DNA of 64,000 bases from an uncultured Clostridia bacterium (GTDB taxonomy: Bacteria; Bacillota; Clostridia; Peptostreptococcales; Anaerovoracaceae): contig CALXIZ010000117.1 of assembly GCA_944388495.1 (NCBI GenBank), forward strand, positions 25,762 through 89,761. Direction: 5' to 3'. The position numbers and the translations under genes are program-made. The notes under the pieces were generated by a model. The model was not told the DNA's origin. It did no database searches and worked only from the letters and a program-made list of their open reading frames with translations. Positions 51,726 to 60,731 of the stretch are shown piece after piece (within the stretch, counting starts at the first letter, position 1; each line of letters begins with the position of its first letter).

Positions 51726-52487
51726 ATGGACTGGGGAAGAGCAAAAAATATCATTCTGGTGGTTCTCGTAGCCACCAATATTTTTCTGATCAGCGTCTAC
51801 GGCATAAAGTATGAGAAGAACAGGGAAAACAATTCCGAGCTCTACCGGTATATGAATGAAAAGCTCGAGGAAAACAGAATCGAGCTTGCGTGCGGAATTC
51901 CCGAAAACTCGGCCGGGATTCCGGCACTGACGGTAAAATATGAAAAATACGACAGCAGCCGGATAAACAGAGAGGTAGAGGCCGCGTCAGAGACGGGGAA
52001 GCCGGCGGAAAACGAGAAGGAGATGCGGGAGGCGGCGGATGAGCTGATCCGCGCCTGCGGGCTGGACACAAAAGGCGCTTCGATCGTGAGCATAAAAGAA
52101 AATGCCGACGGAAGCACGACCGTTCGTTACGGAAACTATTACCGGGATATTCCGCTTCAGGAGTGTTATATGAATGTCGTGTTCCGGGATGGAAAAATCT
52201 CGAGACTGGAGCGCAAATGGATGGAGCCTGTGGAGGAGGGAAAGAGTAAAATACGCGTCACAGAACCGGCTACCGCTCTGCTCCGGTTTATCGAGATGAT
52301 CAATGAGGACAGAGAAAAGGGAAAAGAGGCGGCCGAAGAGACGGTGACAGTCAGCGATATGTATCTGACCTATTATGTGAACGGCGACGAGATACGGAGA
52401 AATATCCTGTATGATACGGCATTTCCGGCGTGGTGTATCCGGTACGGTGACGGACAGATCAGATATATTTCCGCATATGAGCAATAA
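51726..52487 (+). CDS. yycI: YycI-like regulatory protein
   Basis: MDWGRAKNIILVVLVATNIFLISVY parallels the YycI N-terminus MDW..K.I....L.LN.FL. Its length of 253 aa also fits. Confidence 0.65.
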   Translation: MDWGRAKNIILVVLVATNIFLISVYGIKYEKNRENNSELYRYMNEKLEENRIELACGIPENSAGIPALTVKYEKYDSSRINREVEAASETGKPAENEKEMREAADELIRACGLDTKGASIVSIKENADGSTTVRYGNYYRDIPLQECYMNVVFRDGKISRLERKWMEPVEEGKSKIRVTEPATALLRFIEMINEDREKGKEAAEETVTVSDMYLTYYVNGDEIRRNILYDTAFPAWCIRYGDGQIRYISAYEQ

Positions 52488-52576
52488 CACGTCACATGCA
52501 CTTCATAAAATGGTCACACAGAAAGTGTATAAAAGAATCACAGGAGGCCGGAAGGCCTCCGGATAGGAGCTATTTG

Positions 52577-53374
52577 ATGGATCTTAGCTTTTGCTCCCTC
52601 GCGAGCGGAAGCAGTGGTAACTGCTATCTTATAAAAAGCAGAGAGTCGGCAATACTCATAGATGCGGGCATCAGCACGAGGAAGATACATGCGGCACTGC
52701 AGGAGACAGGGACAGAAAGAGAGGAAATCGCAGGTGTCTTTGTCACTCACGAACACAGTGATCACGTAAAAGGGCTGAAGGTTCTCACAAAACAGAATCC
52801 CGGATGGGATATCTACGGAAGTGAAGAGACCTGCCGCTGTCTGAGAGAGTGCGTACAGGATGAAGAAAAAATCTGCTCTCTGGATATAAATTGTACAAAG
52901 CAGATAGGCGATATGAAAATCAGAGCGATGGATATCTCTCATGATGCGGCACATCCGGTGTGTTACATCGTAGAGGCGGGTTCTTCCAGGATTTCTGTTC
53001 TTACGGATACGGGATACGTGCCTCGGGATGTGATGCCGGAGCTGATGTCTTCGGATCTGATCGTCATAGAGGCCAATCATGAGGTAAATATGCTGAAGGC
53101 AGGGCCTTATCCCTACCGGCTGAAGCTGAGAATCATGGGTGATTACGGCCATCTTTCGAACGAAGCTGCGGGTGAGACGCTGGCGGAAGTGATGTCGCAC
53201 GATGACAGATACAGGACGATCCTGCTGGCTCATCTCAGTAAGGAAAACAATTTTCCGCGGCTTGCTTTTCAGACGGTGGCAAATATTCTGGAAGAGAAAA
53301 AATTTTATCCGGGAAAGCATATGCGGCTGGAAGTACTGCATCGTGACGGCCTGAGCGGATTTACCGAATTATAG
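52577..53374 (+). CDS. yycJ: MBL-fold metallo-hydrolase YycJ/WalJ
   Basis: ATG after TAGGAG, giving MDLSFCSLASGSSGNCYLI...THEHSDHVKG. Confidence 0.85.
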   Translation: MDLSFCSLASGSSGNCYLIKSRESAILIDAGISTRKIHAALQETGTEREEIAGVFVTHEHSDHVKGLKVLTKQNPGWDIYGSEETCRCLRECVQDEEKICSLDINCTKQIGDMKIRAMDISHDAAHPVCYIVEAGSSRISVLTDTGYVPRDVMPELMSSDLIVIEANHEVNMLKAGPYPYRLKLRIMGDYGHLSNEAAGETLAEVMSHDDRYRTILLAHLSKENNFPRLAFQTVANILEEKKFYPGKHMRLEVLHRDGLSGFTEL

Positions 53375-53397
53375 CTGTGTTTAGGAGGTCGGAGATT

Positions 53398-55152
53398 ATG
53401 GACAGAGAAGAATGGAAAAGACCGGGTGCAGGCGGACAGCCGGACGGCACGGGAGAAAATACCGCTCACAGAAGCTCTGCGCAGAATGAGCAGACGGGAC
53501 CGGCAGCGGATTCCGCACCGGAGGGAAGGCAGCAGGAGTCCGCTTCTTTTTCCGGGCAGGATTCCTATTATACGGTTTACTCGGGCGCTGCGGATTATGC
53601 AGGGACGGACGGTTCCGGAGAGAGCGGAGACAGCGCCCGTCCGCAGGAATATGGATCCGGAATCGGACAGAAGCAGCCGGCGGGAGAAGCGGCTGTGGAT
53701 TACGGACGCGCCGCCGGTACGAAGGAAGATATTCGCAGCACTTACGCGTGGGCTTCCGGAAGCGCCGAAGCGGCGCAGAGCGGCGCCGGCGGCATTTCCG
53801 GCGGTATATTCGGCGGCGCCGCCGGTTCGGAAACGGGCGGCGGAGGAACGGTTCCTCCGGATCTCTCGGGATCTGACGGAAATCCGCCAAAGAAGAAAAA
53901 GAATAATATGAGCGGCGGAGCTAAAAAGACGCTCGCAGTCATTCTGATCGTCGTGGTGGCTTTTGCTGCGGGTTTCGGCGGCGGAGCGGTATCCTCGGGG
54001 CTGTTCGGAAAAGAAACAGGTACGGCGACGAGTAAAATTTCCATCGACTCCAGCGAGAGCGGGCTGGATGCAGCATCTGTCATTGCGGAAAAGACGATGC
54101 CTTCCGTAGTCGGAATCAGCACCGTATCCCGCGCGTATTATCAGTCCGTCTTCGGCCTGCAGCAGGGAACGACAGAGGGTTCCGGAACGGGCTTTATCGT
54201 GGATGAGAACGGCTATATTCTGACGAATTCCCATGTAGTCGGAGACGGTGAAAATTCCACGATTACGGTGGATCTTTACGACGGATCGGAGTATGAAGGG
54301 AAAGTTCTGTGGAATGATTCCTCTCTCGATCTGGCCATCGTAAAGATCGATGCGACGGGACTTCAGGCGGCCGATCTGGGAGATTCGGATGATGTGGCGA
54401 TCGGAGATTATGCTATCGCGATCGGAAATCCTCTCGGACGCGAATTTGAGCGCAGTGTGACGCAGGGCATTATCAGCGGGCTGGACCGGAATATCACGAC
54501 GACAGACGGTCAGACGCAGAATAACATGCAGGGACTGATCCAGACTGATGCCTCCATCAACAGCGGAAACAGCGGCGGCCCGCTTATCAACAGCTCCGGA
54601 GAAGTCATCGGCATCAACACAGCGAAGGCAAGCTCCGCAGAGGGACTCGGATTTGCGATTCCGATCAATACGGCTGTTCCTATCATCGAGCAGATAAAAG
54701 AAGACGGCACCTATGTACAGCCTGCGATCGGTATCGGCGGCAGAGATCTGGAGGAAATTCTCGCCAAATATCAGACAGACTTCAATGCGAAGAGCGGCGT
54801 CTATGTACAGCAGGTCTATACGGATTCTCCGGCTTCCGCAGCCGGGATCAAAGAGGGAGATATCATAACGGCTGTTGACGGCAAGGCTGTGGAAGATATG
54901 AACGCCCTCAAACAGATACTTATCGGCCATCAGCCGGGAGACCAGGTGACGCTGACGATTGAGCGCGAAAAGACAGAGATGCAGGTTCAGGTGACACTGC
55001 AGGCTCAGAATACGATCAGCAGTATGAGCTACAGCTACAGTGACAGCGGTTCAGGTTCAGACCCGGGTTCAGGTTCGGGTTCGGGTTCGGGCGGCTACAG
55101 CTATGACGGAAGCCAGGGCTACGGAAATTACGGAGGTATTTTCGGCAACTGA
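53398..55152 (+). CDS. htrA: HtrA/DegP-family serine protease with a PDZ domain
   Basis: ATG 9 nt after AGGAGG. The catalytic triad contexts are TNSHVV, DLAIVKI and GNSGGPLIN. The PDZ region contains GDIITAVDG. A disordered N-terminus of about 170 aa and a Gly/Ser-rich C-terminal tail flank the core. Confidence 0.9.
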   Translation: MDREEWKRPGAGGQPDGTGENTAHRSSAQNEQTGPAADSAPEGRQQESASFSGQDSYYTVYSGAADYAGTDGSGESGDSARPQEYGSGIGQKQPAGEAAVDYGRAAGTKEDIRSTYAWASGSAEAAQSGAGGISGGIFGGAAGSETGGGGTVPPDLSGSDGNPPKKKKNNMSGGAKKTLAVILIVVVAFAAGFGGGAVSSGLFGKETGTATSKISIDSSESGLDAASVIAEKTMPSVVGISTVSRAYYQSVFGLQQGTTEGSGTGFIVDENGYILTNSHVVGDGENSTITVDLYDGSEYEGKVLWNDSSLDLAIVKIDATGLQAADLGDSDDVAIGDYAIAIGNPLGREFERSVTQGIISGLDRNITTTDGQTQNNMQGLIQTDASINSGNSGGPLINSSGEVIGINTAKASSAEGLGFAIPINTAVPIIEQIKEDGTYVQPAIGIGGRDLEEILAKYQTDFNAKSGVYVQQVYTDSPASAAGIKEGDIITAVDGKAVEDMNALKQILIGHQPGDQVTLTIEREKTEMQVQVTLQAQNTISSMSYSYSDSGSGSDPGSGSGSGSGGYSYDGSQGYGNYGGIFGN

Positions 55153-55276
55153 GATCCGTCGGTCTGATATGATTCAGACAGGATATATTTGACATGATAA
55201 GATAATAGGAGAAGATCCGGAAAAAATCCGGAAGGACGTGAGTCCAGGCAGATAAAAAGAAACAGACGGAAAAAAG

Positions 55277-55309
55277 ACGCCCGGCATGCTTTGAAGCCGG
55301 GCGTCTTTC
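55277..55309 (+). terminator. Intrinsic terminator after htrA
   Basis: GACGCCCGGC-10 nt loop-GCCGGGCGTC followed by TTTC. Confidence 0.7.
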
Positions 55310-55341
55310 GGTGGGCGCCGCGGCATATGGGGAGGAAAAGA

Positions 55342-55821
55342 ATGAATATCAATATCGTGTGTATCGGAAAGCTGAAGGAAAAATATCTGCGTGAAGCGGC
55401 GGCAGAGTATGAAAAGAGACTGAGCCGCTACTGCAGAATGCAGATCAGAGAGCTGAAGGAAGCGAGGCTTCCGGAAAATGCGTCGCCTGCGGAAGAAGAG
55501 GAAGTGAAAAGAGAAGAGGGAAAGAGCATACTGAAAGCGCTCTCTTCTTCTTCCTTTGTCATCGCGCTCGATATCGGAGGGCGGGAGCTTTCCTCCGAAC
55601 AGCTGGCACACAGAATCGGAAGTCTGGCCGAAGGAGGAGAGAGCACGATCGACTTTATCATCGGGGGTTCTCTCGGTCTGTCCGATGAAGTGAGACAAAG
55701 AGCCGATTTTCGTCTTTCCTTTTCCCCCATGACATTTCCTCATCAGCTGATGCGTGTGATTCTGCTGGAACAGATATATCGTTCCTTTAAGATTCTTCGG
55801 AAAGAGCCGTATCATAAATAG
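55342..55821 (+). CDS. rlmH: 23S rRNA (pseudouridine1915-N3)-methyltransferase RlmH
   Basis: ATG after GGGGAGGAA. The product MNINIVCIGKLKEKYLREAAAEYEKRL... is 159 aa. Confidence 0.9.
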   Translation: MNINIVCIGKLKEKYLREAAAEYEKRLSRYCRMQIRELKEARLPENASPAEEEEVKREEGKSILKALSSSSFVIALDIGGRELSSEQLAHRIGSLAEGGESTIDFIIGGSLGLSDEVRQRADFRLSFSPMTFPHQLMRVILLEQIYRSFKILRKEPYHK

Positions 55822-55850
55822 AAAATCTCACAGAGCGGACAAAAAGAAAA

Positions 55851-55875
55851 ACTGCCTGAGGCAGTCTTTCTTTTT
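55851..55875. terminator. Shared terminator between the convergent rlmH and arsR-like genes
   Basis: ACTGCC-tga-GGCAGT is flanked by an A-run upstream and CTTTCTTTTT downstream. Confidence 0.55.
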
Positions 55876-55936
55876 GCATGTCAAACAATCTGAGAATTAT
55901 ATATGGAGGGCGGTTTATGGGAGTAAACCGCTGCTG

Positions 55937-56254
55937 TTAATCGAATTTATTGATGGCAGTTACAAATTTGCCGAGTATACCTATATTTATGAAATAATAG
56001 GAGTATTTATCCTTTCTTTTTACCTGTACGAGCTGCGCCTGCTGCAGTTTTTTGATATGCTGCGAGATGGTCGCCTGAGAATAGTCGAACTCGGAGACGA
56101 CATCTTTATTGCAGACAAGCTGACGGGCCGCGTTACACTTCATGATAAAGCGGAAAATCTTGATCCTGACCGGATGAGCCAGTGCGTCAGAAACGTTTGC
56201 AATGAGTAAGATTTCGTCTTCCTGGAGATCATCGCTTTCCTTACGCAATCTCAT
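55937..56254 (-). CDS. ArsR/SmtB-family transcriptional regulator
   Basis: 105 aa with ALAHPVRIKIFRFI, VCNKDVVSEFDYSQATISQHIKKLQQAQLV (wHTH). Confidence 0.75.
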   Translation of the reverse strand: MRLRKESDDLQEDEILLIANVSDALAHPVRIKIFRFIMKCNAARQLVCNKDVVSEFDYSQATISQHIKKLQQAQLVQVKRKDKYSYYFINIGILGKFVTAINKFD

Positions 56255-56295
56255 AAAAGCACCTTTCTAAATATATCGTATATTCTCTATGGACA

Positions 56296-56324
56296 ATTAT
56301 ATCACCGGTAAGAAAGTGTTGCAA
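56296..56324 (-). promoter_or_regulatory. Candidate promoter TTGCAA-17 nt-TATAAT for the arsR-like gene
   Basis: Read on the minus strand, about 40 nt upstream of the ATG. Confidence 0.45.
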
Positions 56325-56624
56325 TCACAATATAAGCTTAGTATGTCAAACAAAATAATTCTCATGAGGAAAAAAGAAAATAACGGTGGTAAACGGTAAA
56401 ATATCCATAATTTTCATTTTCAATAATAAAAATTACGGAAAAATACAGAAAAATCAGTGAAAAATTTTGAACGGTGAACAGCGAAAAAACGATTCAGAAA
56501 GAAAATCAGGAAATCCGGAAGGAAAAGAAAAAACAGCGGATGAAGCGAAGGACTGCGGCTGAAACAGATGACGGCCGGCGGCCGGCGGTTAAAGACGACG
56601 GCCGCCGGTTCCGGACAGTGTGCT

Positions 56625-56984
56625 TCAGTGTTCGTAATATTCTGTAGGAACATCCACTTTCTGAAGCTCGTCGTCATAGTCGAAATTGCCGACGATGTAG
56701 TTGATGTGGCCTTCTACGAATTCATAGCCTTTTTCGAGGACATATTTTACCGGAATCTGAATCTCATAGTCGTCGAGATCGCCGGTTTCGAGCGCTTTCT
56801 GAAGATAGTTTCTCGGAATGACCATGAGGACATGTCCGTCCATGGCGAAATAATAATGGAATTTCTCCAGTTCCTTCGGCAGATCGCCGGGATAAGGATT
56901 ATCCAGAGTCATGACCTGCATATCGTAGACACTCTTTCTGATATTGAGACTGTCGAAATCAAAAGGTATATCATCGTAATGCAT
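56625..56984 (-). CDS. Hypothetical, strongly acidic 119-aa protein
   Basis: Good RBS (CAGGAGG). The product MHYDDIPFDFDSLN...NFDYDDELQKVDVPTEYYEH belongs to no family I recognise. Confidence 0.6.
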   Translation of the reverse strand: MHYDDIPFDFDSLNIRKSVYDMQVMTLDNPYPGDLPKELEKFHYYFAMDGHVLMVIPRNYLQKALETGDLDDYEIQIPVKYVLEKGYEFVEGHINYIVGNFDYDDELQKVDVPTEYYEH

Positions 56985-57219
56985 TATTATAGCCTCCTGT
57001 CCTGATGATTTTACATGATACTGTATTTATTCCCACATTCCCTTCCGATTCAACATTATAACAGAAATCCGCAAAATAATTTGCCAGTAAAAATAAATAG
57101 GAAAAAATAATGATGAAATTTCAAGATTGCAGTGGACAAGATCGATGGCAGAATAGATAATATAGAAGAGCAAGAAAAAGAGAAGAAAAAGACTGATGAC
57201 AAAATGAAGGAGAATCGGA

Positions 57220-57411
57220 ATGACTTTAAACAATCTGACTGCAGAAGAAAGAGTGCTCCTGGAGAAGAAGTTTGCCAGCTTCAGCAGACTTCCGAAGGAG
57301 ACGAACAACGTATGCCCGAACTACTATAATCCGTATCATGATCCGAGAAACTGCCCGGGTTCCTGCAGATACTGCCTGTGGGACGGTGTTCTCACGGAAG
57401 AGGGAATGTAG
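57220..57411 (+). CDS. Hypothetical 63-aa protein with a C-terminal C-X13-C-X3-C-X2-C cluster
   Basis: A strong RBS (AAGGAG) lies 7 nt upstream. The C-terminus reads ...NNVCPNYYNPYHDPRNCPGSCRYCLWDG... Confidence 0.5.
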   Translation: MTLNNLTAEERVLLEKKFASFSRLPKETNNVCPNYYNPYHDPRNCPGSCRYCLWDGVLTEEGM

Positions 57412-57447
57412 CAGGCATCTGACAGATTCAGATTTCAGGAAAAACGC

Positions 57448-57473
57448 CTCCGCAGCGGCCGCTGCGGAGGCTC
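57448..57473. terminator. Bidirectional terminator hairpin between the small ORF and panE
   Basis: Perfect 26-nt palindrome GCCTCCGCAGCGGCCGCTGCGGAGGC. The minus-strand copy is followed by GTTTTTC. Confidence 0.6.
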
Positions 57474-57502
57474 CTTTGCATATCGGGTACAGAGCCGGCC
57501 GG

Positions 57503-58435
57503 TCAGCGTTTCTGTGTTCTGTCCGTGAGAGCTTCGATCTCTTCTGTGATTCTGCGGTTGAACGGAGCGTCTGCACCGATGCTTTCAGCTGTTCTGACTA
57601 CGGTACCGTTGATTCTTTCTATTTCCGTGCGGCGGCCGCTGCGGATATCCTGGACCATCGAACAGAAATTTTCACCTGTGGCCCGTGCGACAGACTGAAC
57701 TTTCTCCCATATTTCCCGGGGGTCGTAGGAACAGCCGGCGCGGTTGAAAATTTCGACGGCTTCCGTCACGAGACGGCGGGAGAGATCGTTTTTTTCGGGA
57801 TCGGAGACGATGTGGATATTCTGAACATCGCCGAGGGCGCAGACGGCGTTGATTCCGACATTGATGAAGAGCTTCCGTATCACGGCATCTTTTGCATCTT
57901 CCGTGATTTCAGCAGGAAAACCGGCTTCCTCAAAGATTTTCTTCACTGCGGCGAGTGAGGAAGCGGCCTCTTCGGACTGAGGCATCAGAGCTCCGATGAC
58001 GGTGAGTCCTGTACCGGCGTGGCGTACCGTGCCGTCGGGAGCGATATTGGCGCCCTGAGCGGTAGTGCCGATGATAATATTCTGCGGACGGACGACTGTC
58101 TCGATATCTGTGTGATTTCCGTATCCGTTCTGAAGAGAGACGGCGAGTGTATGCGGGCCGAAAAGATTTCGGTGCTGACGCACGGCAGAAGCCGTCACCG
58201 GCGCTTTGACAGCGATCAGAACCATGTCACGGGGTGTCATGCCGGAAGTGTCTGTCACGGCTTCGACCGGTACGGTGCGGATGCTGCCGTCCTTTTCCCT
58301 GATCCGTATTCCTTCATTGCGGATAGACTGCGCGTGTGTCTGCGTTCCGACGACGCAGAGGAGATCGTGTTTTTCAGCCAGACCCGCGGCAAAAATGGAA
58401 CCGATGGCTCCCGTTCCGAGTATTGCTATTTTCAT
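57503..58435 (-). CDS. panE: 2-dehydropantoate 2-reductase
   Basis: 310 aa: MKIAILGTGAIGSIFAAGL..., with a typical ApbA/PanE layout. Confidence 0.85.
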   Translation of the reverse strand: MKIAILGTGAIGSIFAAGLAEKHDLLCVVGTQTHAQSIRNEGIRIREKDGSIRTVPVEAVTDTSGMTPRDMVLIAVKAPVTASAVRQHRNLFGPHTLAVSLQNGYGNHTDIETVVRPQNIIIGTTAQGANIAPDGTVRHAGTGLTVIGALMPQSEEAASSLAAVKKIFEEAGFPAEITEDAKDAVIRKLFINVGINAVCALGDVQNIHIVSDPEKNDLSRRLVTEAVEIFNRAGCSYDPREIWEKVQSVARATGENFCSMVQDIRSGRRTEIERINGTVVRTAESIGADAPFNRRITEEIEALTDRTQKR

Positions 58436-58526
58436 TGGAATCTCCCTCCTTATTCTCTTCTATGATAACGAAGAGGAGATATTTTCGCAACAGCGGAGGC
58501 GGAATCAGATCAAGACAGGTGAAGAA

Positions 58527-59342
58527 ATGCACAGTGAAAGTGAAAAGAAAAATCAGGAAAAAGAAGACAGAATTCTTCTGGCAGGAATTGAAGAGAGAAT
58601 CCGCAGAGCGGAAGAATGGTATACGATGACAAACAGCCGTTTTCTGGATCTGCGTCAGAGGAGTCTGGCGGAAATCCGCTCGCGTTCCTCCGGCAGCGGA
58701 ATCACATACGGATTTTACGGCGGATATGAAGATGCGGAGCGCGTGATAGAAGTGTTTTTTCCGCAGGGAATGATGCGGGCAGACAGCCCTCAGGAACACT
58801 TTCGTCTCGTGCCCGGGGAAAATCCGCTGACTGTCATACGAGCAGAGCTGAAAAAGGGCACGCCGCCTCCGTCCCACCGGGATTATCTGGGCGCTCTCAT
58901 GGGGCTCGGCATCAGGCGTGAGATGACAGGCGATATCATCGTCCGGGATGACGGAGCGGATATCATCGTTTTACGTGAGGCGGCGGAATTTCTGCTGCTT
59001 CACTATGTGAAAGCGGGCAGAGCGGATCTCACTCTGTCGGAGGTCCCGGTAGAGGAGCTCAGAGGAATACAGAGTGACGCAGAGGAAATCACGGCGAGCG
59101 TAGCCTCGCTCCGTCTGGATAATGTGCTGTCCGCAGCTTTTCATATACCGAGAAGCAGAGCGGCGGAGGCGGTGAACAGCGGCATCGTCTATGTCGGCGG
59201 CATCTGTGAGAAAAAAGCGGACCGGCAGGTAAAGGAAGGAGAAAAGATCGTTCTGCGCGGAAAGGGAAGAGCGCGCCTTCTCTCGGCCGGTGAAAAGAAC
59301 AGCAAGGGCCGCATGAAAATTACGCTTCGGCGGAATATCTGA
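58527..59342 (+). CDS. S4-domain RNA-binding protein, YlmH-like
   Basis: The internal ATG after AGGTGA gives a 271-aa product. The C-terminal S4 motif is RLDNVLSAAFHIPRSRAAEAVNSGIVYVGG...VKEGEKIVLRGKGR. Confidence 0.7.
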   Translation: MHSESEKKNQEKEDRILLAGIEERIRRAEEWYTMTNSRFLDLRQRSLAEIRSRSSGSGITYGFYGGYEDAERVIEVFFPQGMMRADSPQEHFRLVPGENPLTVIRAELKKGTPPPSHRDYLGALMGLGIRREMTGDIIVRDDGADIIVLREAAEFLLLHYVKAGRADLTLSEVPVEELRGIQSDAEEITASVASLRLDNVLSAAFHIPRSRAAEAVNSGIVYVGGICEKKADRQVKEGEKIVLRGKGRARLLSAGEKNSKGRMKITLRRNI

Positions 59343-59457
59343 CAGAAAATGCGGCCGGTCCTGTCCGGCAGGGAGGAAAAACGGTGCGGACGGAAGAACA
59401 GGACAGAAGAGCAGACCAAAGGAACTGAAGGGAAAGGCAGAAGGTGAGGTACGGGAG

Positions 59458-60519
59458 ATGACCGGCAGAGAAAGAGAGAAAAGAAAAGTGATGGCGGCTA
59501 TGAGCGGAGGTGTGGACAGCTCGGCGGCCGTCTTTCTTCTGAAGGAGCAGGGATTTGATGTAGGCGGCATGACGATGCGTCTTCTCGACGGGCATCTCAG
59601 CGACCGCGATATCGCGGATGCGAAAAAGGCGGCGGAAGCGGCCGGAATTCCTTTTTTTGTGGCAGATCTGCGGCGGAGATTTTATGATGAGGTGGTACGT
59701 GATTTTATCGATTCTTATCTGGCGGGATACACGCCGAATCCCTGTGTCCTGTGCAACCGGCGCATCAAATTTTCCGCGTTTGTGCAGCATGCGGAGGGAT
59801 ACGGTTACGGAAGGATCGCTACCGGCCATTATGCGAGGACGGAATATGATGCGGGTTCCGGACGCTGGCTGCTGAAACGGGCGGAGGACGGAAAAAAAGA
59901 TCAGAGCTATATGCTCTACGGCCTGAACCAGCAGCAGCTTTCCGCGAGTATCTTTCCTCTGGGAAACATGACGAAGGAGGAGGTACGGGCATTTGCGTCG
60001 GAGCGCCGTCTTTCCGCGGCACAGCGCAGAGAGAGCCAGGATATCTGTTTTGTTCCGGATAAAGATTATGCCGGCTTTATCGAAAAAGAGACGGGAGCGC
60101 CGCTTAAGCCCGGACATTTTGTCGATGCTGACGGCAGAGTGATCGGGCGGCACCGGGGCGTCGCCAGATATACGGTGGGACAGCGCAGAGGGCTGGGAAT
60201 CGCTGCGGGACGGCCTGTTTTTGTCTGTGCGAAGGATGCTGAGAAAAATACAGTCCTCGTCGGAGAGGAGACGCTTCTTTTCGGAAAAGAGCTGGATGTA
60301 AAGGATGTGAATCTGATAGCCTGTGAACGTCTGACGGGAAAAGTACGGGCGGAAGTGAAGATAAGGTACAGCCACAGAGGAAGTATGGCGACAGTAGAGC
60401 AGACGGGAGAAGACAGCCTTCATATCGAATTTGACGAGCCGCAGAGAGCTGTTACGCCCGGACAGTCCGCCGTTTTATATGACGGAAGTACTGTGATCGG
60501 CGGCGGAATCATTCTCTGA
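59458..60519 (+). CDS. mnmA: tRNA 2-thiouridine(34) synthase MnmA
   Basis: 353 aa with the PP-loop AAMSGGVDSSAAV, TPNPCVLCNRRIKF and ATGHYAR. Confidence 0.93.
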   Translation: MTGREREKRKVMAAMSGGVDSSAAVFLLKEQGFDVGGMTMRLLDGHLSDRDIADAKKAAEAAGIPFFVADLRRRFYDEVVRDFIDSYLAGYTPNPCVLCNRRIKFSAFVQHAEGYGYGRIATGHYARTEYDAGSGRWLLKRAEDGKKDQSYMLYGLNQQQLSASIFPLGNMTKEEVRAFASERRLSAAQRRESQDICFVPDKDYAGFIEKETGAPLKPGHFVDADGRVIGRHRGVARYTVGQRRGLGIAAGRPVFVCAKDAEKNTVLVGEETLLFGKELDVKDVNLIACERLTGKVRAEVKIRYSHRGSMATVEQTGEDSLHIEFDEPQRAVTPGQSAVLYDGSTVIGGGIIL

Positions 60520-60548
60520 ACTTTTACCGCGTCCGGCCGCCTTCCGGC

Positions 60549-60570
60549 AGCCTGCGCATGCAGGCTTTTA
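60549..60570 (+). terminator. Terminator after mnmA
   Basis: AGCCTGC-gcat-GCAGGCT followed by TTTAT. Confidence 0.55.
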
Positions 60571-60619
60571 TCCGGAAAAAGATCAGAGATGATTTGCGGG
60601 AGAAGAATGTTTTACGGCA

Positions 60620-60672
60620 AACGGCCGGTACCGCAGCCGAAAGGAGAATACAGTAAGGCGGTACCGGCCGTT
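60620..60672. other. 15-bp perfect hairpin between the convergent mnmA and ppaC genes
   Basis: AACGGCCGGTACCGC-23 nt loop-GCGGTACCGGCCGTT. No clear U-tract follows on either strand. Confidence 0.4.
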
Positions 60673-60731
60673 ATGAAAAAATTAAAAATTGAAAGGAAAG
60701 GCAAAAACAGAAGAATGATATCCGCGCCGTA

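Noticed and set aside
53305-54930. 541-aa ORF on the minus strand
   Set aside because: It is antisense to htrA, with the same shadow-ORF composition and no RBS.
57027-57329. 93-aa hydrophobic minus-strand ORF and 65-aa charged plus-strand ORF in the AT-rich islet
   Set aside because: Both use non-ATG starts without an RBS and overlap each other and the better-supported 63-aa ORF. Their compositions mirror a purine-rich tract and its complement.
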